Positions 47,299 through 59,849 of a DNA stretch of 64,000 nucleotides are shown here, piece by piece. The translations under genes and the position numbers were made by a program. The notes below the pieces were generated by a model. It made no database searches. It was not told the origin of the DNA and worked only from the letters and a program-made list of their open reading frames with translations. Within the stretch, counting starts at the first letter, position 1; the number at the start of each line of letters is the position of its first letter. The DNA is from Camelus ferus (Eukaryota), in assembly GCF_009834535.1 (NCBI RefSeq), contig NC_045697.1:10914001-10978000 (forward strand), written 5' to 3'.

Positions 47299-47345
47299 CA
47301 CAGAGGTCTGATGGTCATTGAGTCACAGAGGTCTGATAGTCATTG
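47299..47345. repeat. Tandem duplication, period 25 bp
   Basis: cacagaggtctgatggtcattg (47299-47320) and cacagaggtctgatagtcattg (47324-47345), 21/22 identical. Confidence 0.9.
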
Positions 47346-47744
47346 CAGAAAACATATTGGTCCTGAATAAATAAGCCAGTCACCCTGGACAACAAGGCAA
47401 AGGCCCAGTGTTCCCCTGCCTTGAGACGTCTCAGACACTTGGCTCCTGGGGACGAAACACCGTCTGAAGAGTGGTCCCTCAGACTGCCTTCCCCTCCCTC
47501 TCCTTGCAGCCCCTGCGGCTCTGTTTCCAGCTACCTGTGTTTCTGTGCCATGGCCAACTCTCTCTCATGGCCGGGTCACGGGAGCATGGGACAGGTGGTC
47601 ACGTGTGGAGGGGAGACCTAAGAATTCCTGCTGCACCAGACCCAGAGGAGGCCAGGGGAGCGAGGTGTGGGACGGCCGAGTCTTTAAGGGTGCCAGGTCC
47701 GGCACACTGCTTCATGCCGCTCCAGCGGGCCATTCTGGACCCCC

Positions 47745-48132
47745 TGCTGCGGTAGCTGGGCTGCCATCACAAAGTACCACAGACGGGGGAGGGGCTCACA
47801 CAGAGAGGTGCATTTGTTCACATTTCTGGAGGCTGGAAGCCTGAGATCCAGGGGGCTAGGGCTGGCTTCTTCTGAGTCTCTTTCCTCGACTTGCAGACGG
47901 CCGCCTTCTCGCCGTGCGCTTGCGGAGTCTTTCCTCTGCGTGTCTGCATAGCCGCGTTCAAATTTCCTCTTCTTACAAGGACACCAGTCATACAGGATTG
48001 GGCTCGCCTTAATGACTTCATTTTATCTTGGTCACCTCTTTAAAGGATCGGTCTTCAAATACAGCCACATTCTGAGGTGCTGACGGTTAGGACTTCAACA
48101 TGTGAGTGTGAGGGGCCAGGTTCGGCCCCTCG
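47745..48132 (-). mobile_element. MLT1A-like LTR, unusually CpG-rich
   Basis: gggctgccatcacaaagtaccacagac...ttctggaggctggaag.ctgagatc...tcctcttcttacaaggacaccagtcata..ggatt...acctctttaaag...caaatacagccacattctgaggt. Confidence 0.9.
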
Positions 48133-50042
48133 TGCCTACTTTGTGTCAGGGGCTGTGTCAGCACCCAGGGTCTAATGTAGCGCAGACCCACTTACTGCCT
48201 CTGGGGCCTCGGTTTCAGCCAGCTGGTGAGAGAAGCTGCTGGAAGGCGGAGCGGAGTAATCTGACTTCTCCCCTCGGCTCCTTCTGGCCACGAGGACAAT
48301 AGCTTTTGTCAAAACTACATCCTTGGCTTCTGAGACAAAGAACACCTTTAAATGCTGATGTTCCTATGGGTATATATTATCAACCCACTGCTTTTTTTCT
48401 CTGAATATCCTTCCTTGGGGTTTCAAGCACTGTACTACCCGGCTACTGAGAATGTGTCTGGAGACCAGCGGCACTGGCCCCACCCCCCCAGGTGACCTGC
48501 GTGCCCACGGAAGTACAGGAAGCGTGTTCTACGGCTGTCAGCCCCACTGCCTGCTGGCCACCCATTCCCCTCTTAGCTCCAGAGTCCAGCCTTACACCAG
48601 CTTCCCACTCGTGTGGGCAGCTGCCTGGGGACCATTTCCAAGATGTCCATGGGCTTGGCCAACTCAGTGCGCCCTACTTAACCCCTCATCCTCTCTCCCA
48701 CTGCTGCCCACGTCCTGTGTGTCTCCTGTCCTGGATGGAGCCATGGTCCATCCATTGAATGCCCTGCAGACATTCGAATGCCTCTTGGTCTTATCCTTCT
48801 GTGTCTTATCAATCAAGTACTGCTGATTTTTTTTTTTCTTTTAGAATATTCCTTATCTCTGTCTCTCCTCTCCTTTTTTTTTTTTTTTTTTTACTGCACT
48901 TGCCCTGTTCTGGGCTTTCATCCCTCACACTCTGGATTAGTAAGAGGGACTTCCAGGAGATTTATCAGCATGTGGTTTTTTCTCCTTATACGTCTCTTGC
49001 TTCTGCCTGTAACCCCTCTCACCCCCTGGTTGCCTGGCAACGCTCACTTCTTCCTTAAGACTCAGCTCAGGAATCCTCTCTGGAACGCTTTCCTGACCTA
49101 GATACCCATCTCAGGGATCCTTTTTCCTGTTTCCTTAGTAACTCTGTGCCTCAGTATCCTCACTTGTGAAATGGATTGAATAGAAACGTTGTAAAGAATA
49201 AGTGAGTTAAGTTCATGGAGCAGTATCTGACACAGAAGTGTTTCTTAAGTGTTAACTGTTATTTTTGCAACCATTTCAACTTCCCGATGGGTGGTCTTGA
49301 AGTTCTCTTTCTCTTTATCTAGATAGGGTTTCTGAAAACATAGCCAGATGGTTCCCGGTGTCAGAGCCATCGATGGTGGGTGAATCTGAGGTGGTCACCG
49401 TGTGGGGACCCCAGCCCTGGACACGACACTCTGGGAGCAGGGGTTGTGTCTGAGGCATCTGTGCATCCCAGACTCGCCTCTGCTTGTGACCCTTAATAGC
49501 AGGTGCTCCTCAAACATTGGCCAGGCCAGGTGAGAGCTGGGAGTTTTGGGTGGAAGAGGAGGGAGACATCATTCTGTGCACAGTATTTGAAAAACACAAT
49601 AGAAGCTACAAATGACCTTTTGGGTATTTCCTACGTGAGGAAGCTGAGGAGAGTGCTGTCAGCCTGGCCGATTTATGGTTTTGAATTTGTGCCCAGAAGC
49701 TGTTTGCAGAGAGATTATTTTTAGAAATGTGAAAATAAATATAATTAAATTAAAGAGAAGTGTCAAGCATTTTTCCCCCCATGTCTTTAGACTGTTCTCT
49801 GACCAATACAGCTTAGGTAATGACAACTCTTTGAAGAATGGTGCCGTATTTCTAATTAAACAATCAAGTCTCACCAATCATTACTTCAGCAAAGCTAAGG
49901 GTCAAAAGCCTAGAAGGTAAAAGAAAAGAGATCTTAAATAGACAGAAATGGCAATAAAATGGAAATATGTTCCCATGACTCTTTTCTGTGTCTTTTTAAC
50001 TCTTCATGGTCTAAGTGTATGTCTAACCTCACATTAAACAAC

Positions 50043-50324
50043 TTTTTAAAACTGAAGTATAATTGATTTCCAATGTTGTGTTAGTTTCTGCTGTACAGCT
50101 TAGTGATTCAGTTATACATACACACATATATATATTCTTTTTCATTATAGGTTATTATAAGATATTGAATGTAGCTCCCTGTGCTGTACAGTCAGGCCTT
50201 GTTGTTTATCTATTTTATATACAGTAGTATGTCTCTGTTGGTCCTAAACTCCTAATTTATCCCCCACCCCCCATCCCCTTTGGTGATCATAAATTTGTTT
50301 TCTATGTCTGTGGATCTCTTTCTG
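50043..50324 (-). mobile_element. 5'-truncated cetartiodactyl-type L1 3' end
   Basis: tgaagtataattgattt.caatgttgtgttagtttctg.tgtacagc.tagtgattcagttata...; TSD ttaaacaacttttt 50034-50047 / ttaaacagtttttt 50325-50338. Confidence 0.9.
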
Positions 50325-50876
50325 TTAAACAGTTTTTTTGCCACTTGACATAAAGATCAGCCTGTGACACAGAAAAAAAGACACGCATGTTAGAATCAGG
50401 CAGAGCTGCCTGGGTTGGAATCCTGGCTTCTCAGCTGTGTGGCCTTAAGCCGATCTCTCAACCACTCAGTCTCAGTTTTCTCCTCTTTTGCACAGGGAGA
50501 CTGAATCCCAAGTCCCTCGTTTGGCTTTGGAATTCCATTAGGTAATGGATATGTAATGAATGTGCTATTCTCCATCCTAATCAAGGTGTCAGGAATGTTT
50601 CTTGACATTTTTGTTTCTAAACCAAATCAAATCTGACTTAACCAGTATACACCAGAGTTGAATGAAAGAATATCTCACTTTGAAGTGAGAACACATGATG
50701 CTGAGCTCTGCTGAGTGTCCACTTCCTTAAACACACTGAGCTACAGAGCTGATTGCCTCGGCTCCCAAAGATCCGGGAATAAGGACAAGATCTCAAGCCA
50801 GCTTGAGGTTTGGCCACTCTTTGTTAGGACATGTGCATTGCACTTGAACATACATCAGCATGCAAATTGTGACTTC

Positions 50877-50913
50877 GTGTGTGCGTGTGCGTGTGCGTGT
50901 GCGTGTGTGTGTG
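50877..50913. repeat. (GTGCGT)n/(GT)n microsatellite
   Basis: cgtgtgtgcgtgtgcgtgtgcgtgtgcgtgtgtgtgt. Confidence 0.9.
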
Positions 50914-53009
50914 TCATGTCTATCACTCACACGCTGCTTGCTTCCTAATCAGGAGGGCACATTCTGGTGGAGACAGACCGACACAAATGTCTGCCATCCA
51001 TATCGGATCGATAACTTGGGCTTTGCTGAGTAACTCAGTGAATGTCTGAAATGGTTTTTTTTTAACTGGTGAAACTGATGAATTAACCCGAATGATGCGT
51101 ATTAGAAATGGACTCGCAGTGGTGACATTAAAGACGTGTGGATTGGCCAGAACATCTTGGAGACAGTCTTTACCATTGTCTGAATCCTGCAAGGCCTCCA
51201 GCCTGGGCCCCTGGGCATGGTGCCCTCGGCTCTCACTCGCACACTCCCTTCCTGCACCACCTTCTTCGCATCTTCTTGCAGAGCTAGCCCGGAGCTTCCT
51301 CCTCAGGGAAGAATCCTGCTTGGGACTCTGCCGTGGTCCTGCACGTATGTGCATAGCTCACAACTGTGGAATCCTTACGACCTGCCCGCCTCAGTCGCGC
51401 AGCTCCCACCCTCACCTCCCACTGCTGGGCCAATGGATGCAGGGAGCTGCGGGCATCCTACCTTGAAAACCACACTGGGGTCCCCATGTGCTCTCCATGG
51501 GTCCCCTTAGCTGCTAATCAGTTTGGGGAATCTTTATCCTAATGGGGAGTCATGGAAGGACCAACTTCTGTGTTGGCCCAGACAATAGGGCTGAATTCTG
51601 CTTTGGCCTTGGGCCTGCCCATGTGCTCTGTCTGTGACCCCAGGACCCCTTTCTGACTCAGCCCCCCACGGCCCGTGACTATCCCTTCTTCCTCAGGGCC
51701 GAGTCCTTCCTCTTTCCTCACCCTACTCACTCGCTCACCTATTAACACAGTCCGAAGGAACTGCTTTAAAAATCAGTTTGCCTTAAGTTAGTTCAAAAAG
51801 GCCCAGTTAATACACTTGAAATAGATTTCAGTGGATAAATGTTTAACTCAGAAGCAGCTCCTTGTACCATTCATTCTGCCCACAGACTTTTTTTTTTAAT
51901 GAAGGCTTATTAGGTAATAGATGCTGGGAATACAGCGGTGACTGAGATATCTCTTTTAGTCCTCAAAAAGCTGAGTGTGGTCGGGTGCACGGGTGAATAA
52001 CCCATCAGCACCAGAACAACGTGCCAAGTGCAGGTGGAGGATGCTGTAGGGGGTGAGGAGGGGGCCCAGAGCCAGATGGGGCACCTCTAAATGGTACCAC
52101 TAACAAGCTGCTTTGCAGAGATTCACTCAGGTAGGTTGCTCCCCCATAGGTTCTGTAAGCTGAAGGTGGGTCCCGATGTCCTGTTGCTTTATCTTCAAAA
52201 CAAAGCGTAGTTCTGTGTGATGTCCTGAGTAAGTGGAACATGACATTGTTCCGGAAGCGCAGCCATGTCAGTTACATTCTGTGGGTAAGGAGAACATAAT
52301 GTTATTTTTAACCCTAAAACTGAAATGAGTAGGAAGGACTATAAAATGAGACCACCTGGGAAGAATGAAGAACCATTACGAAGACATCCTGACAACTGAA
52401 AGCAAAAGCTTGAGGAGGCGTGTGGAAGCCAGTTTGGGGGGAGCTGCCAACACCGCCTAGAGCTTCAGAGAAGGGATGACTCAGAGGGACAGGCACCCGC
52501 AGGCACGTGCCTGCTGTCTTGGAGCAGGAGGAGGGCATCCAGGGGTTCCAGCCACACCTGGTGCCTTGCGTCCTGATGACGGTCTGCCACGGAGGTGCAG
52601 GCAGACATCCAAACATCGCAGGAGAGTGTTTTCTTTGAAGACAGGTTAGTCCCCCGCCTTCCCGAGGAAGGCTGTTTGCGCTCCAGAGTGCCTTTCCCTG
52701 GGCTGGGTGACTCACAGCTGCCAGGGATTTACACTGGTCTTTCTTCACATGCGAGAGTCTGATTTCCACACGTGCCTGTGGGAAGTTTCGTGTTTCAATT
52801 TGGAAGGCGTCATGGGCAGATCTTCAGAGGAGATGTCTGCTCCGGGTGAAGCTGCGTCTCGTTCACTTGGCAGGGGCGCTGCAGGGTGGGCTCGTAGTCA
52901 CAGACAAACCGTACGTGGCTGGGAATCCCAATCTTTCTAGTTACCGGGTCCCCCCAACCTCACCCCTATAGTCAGGGGTGAGTCTGTAGGTGACAGACAC
53001 AGGGCTGGC

Positions 53010-53230
53010 GGGAAGCACGTGAACTTCATGGACCTGGATATGATGCCGCTCTGTCCCTACCTGTCTATGTGGTTCTGGTCAAGTTCCTCAATCTCTCTGA
53101 CCTTCTGTTTCTTTATCTATTATATACAAATAATTGTAACCTTCATAACATTCTGTGGTTCATAGTAAGGATTAAACATAAGACACGGAAGCCAAATGGT
53201 GCATGACAAGTACCAGAAAAATGTTAGTTT
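53010..53230 (+). mobile_element. MIR SINE
   Basis: caagttcctcaatctctctgacctt.tgtttctttatcta...gtaaggattaaa...aatgttagtttcc. Confidence 0.6.
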
Positions 53231-54033
53231 CCTTCCCTTCCTTCTTCCCCTGCTCCTACAAGGGTTCCCTGAAAGCACCAATGCAGTCAGACCAGAGTCT
53301 GCTTGTACGTGTATCAGGAATTTCACTGAATTGGAGAAAATAAATAGATTGAAGTTAACAAAATGGTTAAGAGCCATGAACTGGGGAGAATTTTTACTTT
53401 CCAGAGGATGGTTAGCGTATTGAGTGAACATCAATCTTCAAGGAAGGCTGGGGTCAGTGAGCTCTCCAGCAGACAGACACCACCATGCTCCCAGCCTGCC
53501 TTGCACCCTGCAGACGAGAGCGCCGCACCTGATCTTCATCACGCTTTTACACATTTCTCTCTCTATGTATATTTTCTATAAACCTCAAAGAAGCTTCCAG
53601 GATTAGATTGGGAGGAATTATTAGCTCCATTCTGCAGATGATGACACTGAGATGCAGCCTGTTTGGGTTCGAGAAGAGTGGCTGCAGAAAGTAGAATCCA
53701 GGTCCCAGTCAACTGCTGCCTCTGCAGTGGTCCCTACATGGTTGTGTGATGATGTGGTGTCCACGCTCTCTCCCTTGTCCTACTCCGCAATATGCAAGTG
53801 TTGTTCACGTATCCGTCTTCCTGTACCTGGCCTTGAGTTTAACAAGCTGGGTCCCACATCCCCACATCCAAAGCCATCATTGGGAAATTTGTGGGGCAAA
53901 GGGATGCTAAGCACAGCTGTGGAAGTAGAGGCTCTTGGAAGCACACAGGTGGGGTCCTTGGGGCTTCCTGCCACTAACAGTAGCCCTGACCAAGAGCCAC
54001 GGGGTTGGCAAAAGATTTGTGTCTTGGTCTAGG

Positions 54034-54221
54034 GCAATGGTTCTTAAATTTGAATGTGTGTCAGGGTCACCTGTAAGGCTTATCAAAACAGATTTCTGGG
54101 CCTCCCATCCAGAATTTCTGATTTGATAAACCTGGGGTGGGACCTGAGGGTTTGCATTTCTAGGAAGTTCCTGGATGAGGCTGACACTGCCGGTCTGGGA
54201 ACCACAGTGTGAAAACCGCTG
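54034..54221 (+). mobile_element. MER5A MITE, full length
   Basis: caatggttcttaaatttga...tcacctg.aaggctt.t.aaaacagatt.ctgggcc.cccatccaga.tttctgatt...tttgcatttcta..aagttcc.gg.tga.gctga..ctgc.ggtctgggaaccaca...gaaaaccgctg. Confidence 0.9.
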
Positions 54222-54230
54222 GACTTCGGG

Positions 54231-54395
54231 AGTGGCTCTTCACGTTGGCTGCACGCTAGAGGAACTCAAACAGTTCCAAATCCCAGACTGCATCCTTGGC
54301 CAATGTAATCGGAATCTCTGGAGGTGGAACTGAGGTTCAGTAGTTTTAAAGCTCCCTAAGTGATTACAGAGTGCCGATAAATTTGAGAACTAACT
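54231..54395 (+). mobile_element. MER5B MITE directly after MER5A
   Basis: agtggctcttcacgttggctgcac.ctaga...ccaat.taatcggaatctctgg.ggtgg...cagtagttttaaagctcc..aagtgatt...tttgagaac. Confidence 0.75.
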
Positions 54396-54629
54396 CTAGG
54401 GAGGTTAGAAGGCCTGGGTTCAAGCTCCACGTGGAATTGAAGGGGGATGCTCAGTGGATCAAACCAGAGATTCTCCAAATGGAAGAGCGTGTTGTAACAT
54501 GATATAAATGCTCATGAGCAGACATCAAACTTGCTGTCAACCTAGTCCCAAGGTTTACTCCCCTGTGAAATTTCAAAAATTCAATGTGCGTGTGGAATTT
54601 TTCTTTCGGTTCCAAGGAGGCAGGAATGA

Positions 54630-55165
54630 TGATGTGTCACACAGCAGACTTGATGTTGCTCATTAGATGGGCCGGCTTTTGAGGTGACCCTTGGCTGGCA
54701 CCTGGGGACCTGGCTTTGGAGTCTTCTCTCCATTAGTAACAGATAAGGCTGTTTTGGATGCCCAGGGTGCTGAAACCTGCTGTACCAACCTGCCTAGACT
54801 ATTTGGGCAAACAATGTGGATGGTGAACACCTGCTTCCCTTCTGGGGGTGACCAGATGTCTAGGTGAACAGCCCACAATGACAGCCTTGGACGCTGAGTC
54901 TCACATGTGCCTCCTCAGCAGAAACGTGGTGCACGCGGTGCTGTATTTCACTGTTGTGGGAAGGAGCACTTGCTACATGACAGCCCCCCTGGGAGGGAGA
55001 ACATATGAAGCCTGCATCTGGACTCCTGCAGATGCGCCCCTGATGAATGTGTCTCCCACCCTGACCTGGCTGCGTTTCCTCCCCTGTAAGAGCACAGACA
55101 CAAGTACAACCACCTCTGAGGCTGGGAGTCCTTTTGGCCAGGTTACCAAACATATTTGTGGAATT
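54630..55165 (+). mobile_element. MER68/MER77-like ERVL LTR
   Basis: cccttggctggca.ctgggg.cctgg...tgcctagactatttgggcaaacaat.tgg...tgaacacctgctt.ccttctggg...ccttggacgctgagtctc...gcagaaac...gaagcctgc. Confidence 0.8.
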
Positions 55166-56859
55166 TCCAAAAAGATGGTGAACACTTTCGTATGAAATTA
55201 GAGATGAATTTCTATGTGCAGCCTATACCAAGTAGGGAGTTTTATATGTAGCCCTGTATGTTACATTCTGTAATACAGAGAGATTCTGTGTCTGAAATAG
55301 AATGTAGACAATTAATAGAATCAGACAAAGGAAATTATATAATTTGGGATTCCTAAAGCCACAGCAAGAAGGACTAGGATGGAATCTGAAAGTACGTTGG
55401 GCTGATGACAGAGATTAACCTAATCTGTAGGAAGACTAGGTGATGGATAAATGGCCTTACTGAGCCCGTGAACTTGTACCTCCCACTGGGGGGCTGTGTC
55501 TACAGTGACTGAACCGAGAGCTCCTGAATCCTTCCAGCTGTCCTGTCCTGTTTCTCACAACACTTTCATCTGTGTGTGATGCAGAGGGTCTTCTGGGTCA
55601 CCATCCACCACGACAGCTGGCCCTTGACTTTCTCTGCCAGCCTCTTAATGCCACCAACCAGGAACAACCCCCAGTCTGCACCCCACCCCAACCCAGTCCC
55701 TGTCAAGAGGGAGAAGGTCTGAAGAAGGGGTTGTGGCTAAAGGGACTTGAGAGGCCAAGGGTCGCTGGGCAAGACACTCTCTAAGGATCCTTATGACCCT
55801 AAAATTCTGAGCCCCTGGCATTCTGAGTCTTAGCCTCCTCATCTGTAAGATGGGCACAAAGCCTGCTGACTATCTTAAACGTCATGGACTCCAAACCAAG
55901 TCCAGATCTGCTTCCCGATCTTCTCTCGTGTATTCTTTCCTGCAGTGGTAATAAAATTGACAGCATTTCCTGACTGCTGTGTGCCAGACATCACACTAAC
56001 CTCTTTGCTTGCAGCATCTCATTTAATCCTTGCAATAAGGCTAGGGCTGAATCCCGGTCTCATCATCTGATTTTATCCACTTTTAAAGCACCGAAGTCCC
56101 TGTTAAATCAGCACTGAGTATGTGGTAAAGTATTAAGTCTAACTGCCAGCCCTAGGACCGGAGGCCCAAGCCAAATGCTAGTGACTGAGATCATACCTCT
56201 GACATGGGGCAGCATTGAGGGCAGCAGTTTCTAATTGGACAGTCAAGCCTTTGCTGAGTGAAATCAGACTCTCCTCCAAATACTCTTGGAAATGATGGTT
56301 TCCATCTCCTTCCCAAAGTGCTGTGCCAACTGCAAAGTTTAAGAGTTTGATAGTCACATTGGCTTGGGCTTGAATCTTGTTGATTCCCCTGGAATTCAGG
56401 GAAATTATTTTGTTTCTCTGAGCCAATTTGCCCATTTAAACAATGGGGTATACACAATGGACATTTCTTGTTAAATATTTAAAATATTTACAACTGGTCC
56501 AACAAAGACATCAATCTATGGAGACAGATACCTTGCGGTACTGGGTAACTGGAGGAGGCAGTTCAGAGGGTCTGTGAACAAGCCTTTCTTCTCCATTTTT
56601 CAGTTTCCCCACAAATGGACTATGGCTGTGAATTTGGGTGGGGAGTGATTTGGAGGATGGAACAGGAAAAAGACGATGGACAGTTGGTGAGAGAAGCCCA
56701 GGAGACCCACGTGTTGAGAAGAGCTTTCCTTGAGTAACTAAGAGGGAGTTGCAGTTGAAATCAAAGAACCAGAGGGAGGTATGGAAACTAACTCTGCAGA
56801 GTGGCCACTCTGTGCCAGGCACTTGTTGGCAGGCACTGGTTAAACAGAGGGCAGTTCCT

Positions 56860-57100
56860 GGAGGTATGGCCTGAGAGTAAGCCAGGCTCCATCACTTACT
56901 AGCTATATGAGCTTGGGAAAATTGCTGAGCCTCTGTGTGCCTCACTTTCTCCATCTGTGAAATGGCAACAATAATAATATACACCCCATGTTGATGTTGT
57001 GAATAGTGCACACCATGTATCTGATGAAGTGAATTAATCTAGGTTAAGTGCTAGGAACCGTCTAGAAAAAAACTGAACACTCAATAAATGCTGGGTATTA
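56860..57100 (+). mobile_element. MIR SINE; an antisense MIR fragment follows at ~57160-57290
   Basis: ggctccatcacttactagcta.atgagcttggg...ctctgtgtgcctcactttctccatctgtgaaatgg...cactcaataaatgct. Confidence 0.85.
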
Positions 57101-57509
57101 AAACGATCATGAATATTATATTTGAACATTTTATTTCAAGTTATTAAACCATAAACTTTTATTATGGTTCTAATTTCATAAATTAGGAAATTGAGGTTCA
57201 GAGAGGTAAAGAAACCAGCCAAAGATAACACATATTAAAAGGTTTCATTCAAAGTCAGAATCTAAATGTTTTGGACTCTAAATTTAAATTTTTCCTAGTC
57301 CATACTTAGGGAAAGAGTGGTAGGCCACTACATGAATTGAGACAGGGAAAGACGAGGTTCTAATGATGTGTATGACAACCACTTCACTGGACTTTAACCA
57401 AGTGTTATTAATTGGGGGAAACAAAACAAAACAAAACAACAAACCCAAGGCTCAGGGCAGCTTACTACCTCTTGCATAAGTGGGAGGAGGAGGAGGAGAC
57501 AGGTAGAGG

Positions 57510-57632
57510 CATGCTAGAGGCAGCTTGTTAAACTTTCAGGAATTTTTCCAGCCAATTGGGCATCCCCATGGGAGCTTGAAATTGGCCATGTTAAGTATAT
57601 TTACACCATAAAAACTGGCAAACATACTGAAA
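57510..57632 (+). mobile_element. MER63A hAT-Blackjack fragment
   Basis: ttgttaaactttcaggaattt...agcttgaaattggccatg...tatttacacca..aaaactggcaaaca.tac. Confidence 0.75.
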
Positions 57633-58123
57633 ATATAAAAACTAATACAAAATGATTAGCTAGGATGAAGAGGAGAGGACGGAAGGGATAAGGGGTAAAA
57701 GCAAGACTTCTCTGGGTGGAACATTCTGGATAGTTTTGGCCTTTAAATCATGCAAATACACTGCTATTAAAATAAATCTCTTAAATTGAAAATAATAAAC
57801 GAAAGAACCTAACCATATGTCAAGTCGGCAGCACAGGCACGAGAACAAATTTATTTCGTGGGCTTTAGAATACCATAATCCTTAATGGGAGCTATTCAAA
57901 GGATGAGAAGAGGTGAAAGAAATTTTAAACGTCCATAAATATTTTTATTGTTCATAGTAACTTCAGCCCTGATTCTCTGAAACTTTTTGTTTTATAATGT
58001 TGGTTAGAGCAAATGGATAATCATGTTAATGTTCTCAGAAGTTATCATTTTCAGTGTAAGACACAATTATAAAGTTAAAGAAAATGTTACTGGATTGAAA
58101 TATCAATAAGAACACATGATTTT

Positions 58124-58124
58124 A

Positions 58125-58186
<62 letters not shown>
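58124..58186. repeat. (AC)n microsatellite, ~30 units
   Basis: Near-perfect acacac run. Confidence 0.97.
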
Positions 58187-58188
<2 letters not shown>

Positions 58189-58944
58189 TTTTCCCTAGTT
58201 CTATCCATACAAATGGCACCAAAGAGCACACTCTGGCATCCAGACTATGGCCTCTGATTCAATTATCCACTAAAAGAAACTGGAGATTCTCAGAAAAATC
58301 GGGAATTCTGGGTCTGGGGCTAAAATGAACTAGGAACATCTTGTGCCAAAAAGCAAAGAACCCTTCAAAGTTTAACAGCGTAACGTAAAAAAAGACACAA
58401 GAGTCAGCTTAAAATGTGTTATAAAATGTTATGAGAATTTGAACATAAAACAGTAATTATTCTAATAGATTAAAATATTTAATCAATAAAAATCCATGAG
58501 TCTGTAATGATAGTAAAGAAAAGATGAAGAAAAATCTCATTTGTTATCATTTGAGGCAGTTTTAAAAAATAACTGATTCCTCTGAAAATTGGTAATTATT
58601 GGACAGTATTAAACTCTCTACCTTTCCAATAGAACTTATGTTTTGGTGTTACCAAATAGCCCTGGTTGATGGCAGAAACCTCTATTTTATAAGAGAACAT
58701 TATCTAACAAATAGGAAAGGAGTAATAAAATTAAAATATCTCATTTTACAAACCCTCTGGGAAACACTGATTGAAGGAAAGATTTTCTATTGGTAGTAAA
58801 ATCGTTAGATGAATGTCTGATGGAGAACTGGGCATTTGATAGTGACAAAGAAATAGCTAACAGGTTACTTTCTGGATGTAAGTGAAAAATAACAACAGTA
58901 CAATGAAATAGGTGGGAGTCAACCTTAGCCTCCCCAGTGATGAG

Positions 58945-59322
58945 TGTATTAGTTTGCCAGAGCTGCAACAACAAAGCATCGGAGACTAGATGGTTGACAC
59001 ATCAGTGATTTACTTTCTGGTGATTCTGGAGGCTCGAAGTACGATCAAGATATTAGGGGGATGAGTGTCTTCTGAGCCCTCTCTTCTCGTCTTCTCCCTA
59101 TGTCTTCATGTGGTGTTCCCTCTGTCTGTGTCCTAATCTCCTTTTCTTTAAGGACATGAGTCATATGGGATTAGAGCTCACTCTAATGATCTCATTTTAA
59201 CTCAATTACCTCTTTAAAGACCTCATCTCCAAATACAGTCATGTTGTGAGGAATTGGAGGTTAGAATTTCAACATATGGATTGGGAGTGGGAGGAGGAAG
59301 GACTATAACTCAGTCTGTAGCA
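58945..59322 (-). mobile_element. MLT1A-like LTR
   Basis: TGtattagtttgc..gagctgc...ttctggaggct.gaagt...taaggaca..agtcata..ggattag...ttacctctttaaagacc.catctccaaatacagtca...gtagCA. Confidence 0.9.
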
Positions 59323-59562
59323 TATCTTGCAGATGGCTGCCTTCTCACTGGGTCCTCATATGGCAGAGAGCACAAGAAAGAGAGAGAGAGAGAGGGAGAG
59401 AGAGAGATAGCTAGCAAGAGAACTCTCTGGTGTTTGGTCCCCACCCTCATAACCTCATCTAAACCTAATTATCTCCCAAAGACCCCCGTTTCCAAATACC
59501 ATCACATTGGGGCTAGGGATCCAGCTTATGAATTTAGGGTGGACACAATTCAGTCCGCAGCA
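59323..59562 (-). mobile_element. Second partial MaLR LTR (MLT1A0/MSTD-like) containing a (GA)n tract
   Basis: cttgcagatggctgccttctcactg.gtcctca.atggcagagag...ccccaccctcat.acctcatctaaacctaatta.ctcccaaag...acacaattcagtcc.cagCA. Confidence 0.85.
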
Positions 59563-59849
59563 ATCTCTTTAAAGATAATTGATTATGGTGGTAGAAACAT
59601 GAATCTACGCATTGAATAAAATTGTACAGAACTAAATACACACACACTTATGAGTACAAAGAAAACTGGGGAAATTTGAATAAGATTGGTTGTGTGTATA
59701 AATGTCTATATCCTGATTGTGATACTGTACTGTAGTTTTGCAGGATATCATCATTGGAGGAAACTGGACAAAGAATATATGGAATTTCTTTATTATTTCT
59801 TACAATATACAGTTATCTCAAAATAATGAGTTTAATTAAGAAAAGATAA

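Larger units (their letters stand above)
57640..59840 (+). mobile_element. L1MC-type 3' region, interrupted by two MaLR LTRs and an (AC)n repeat
   Basis: ttatccactaaaagaaactggagattctcagaaaaat.gg..attctgggtctgggg; 3' end aaaactggggaaatttgaataaga...tatcctgattgtgatactgtact.tagttttgcagga. Confidence 0.75.
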
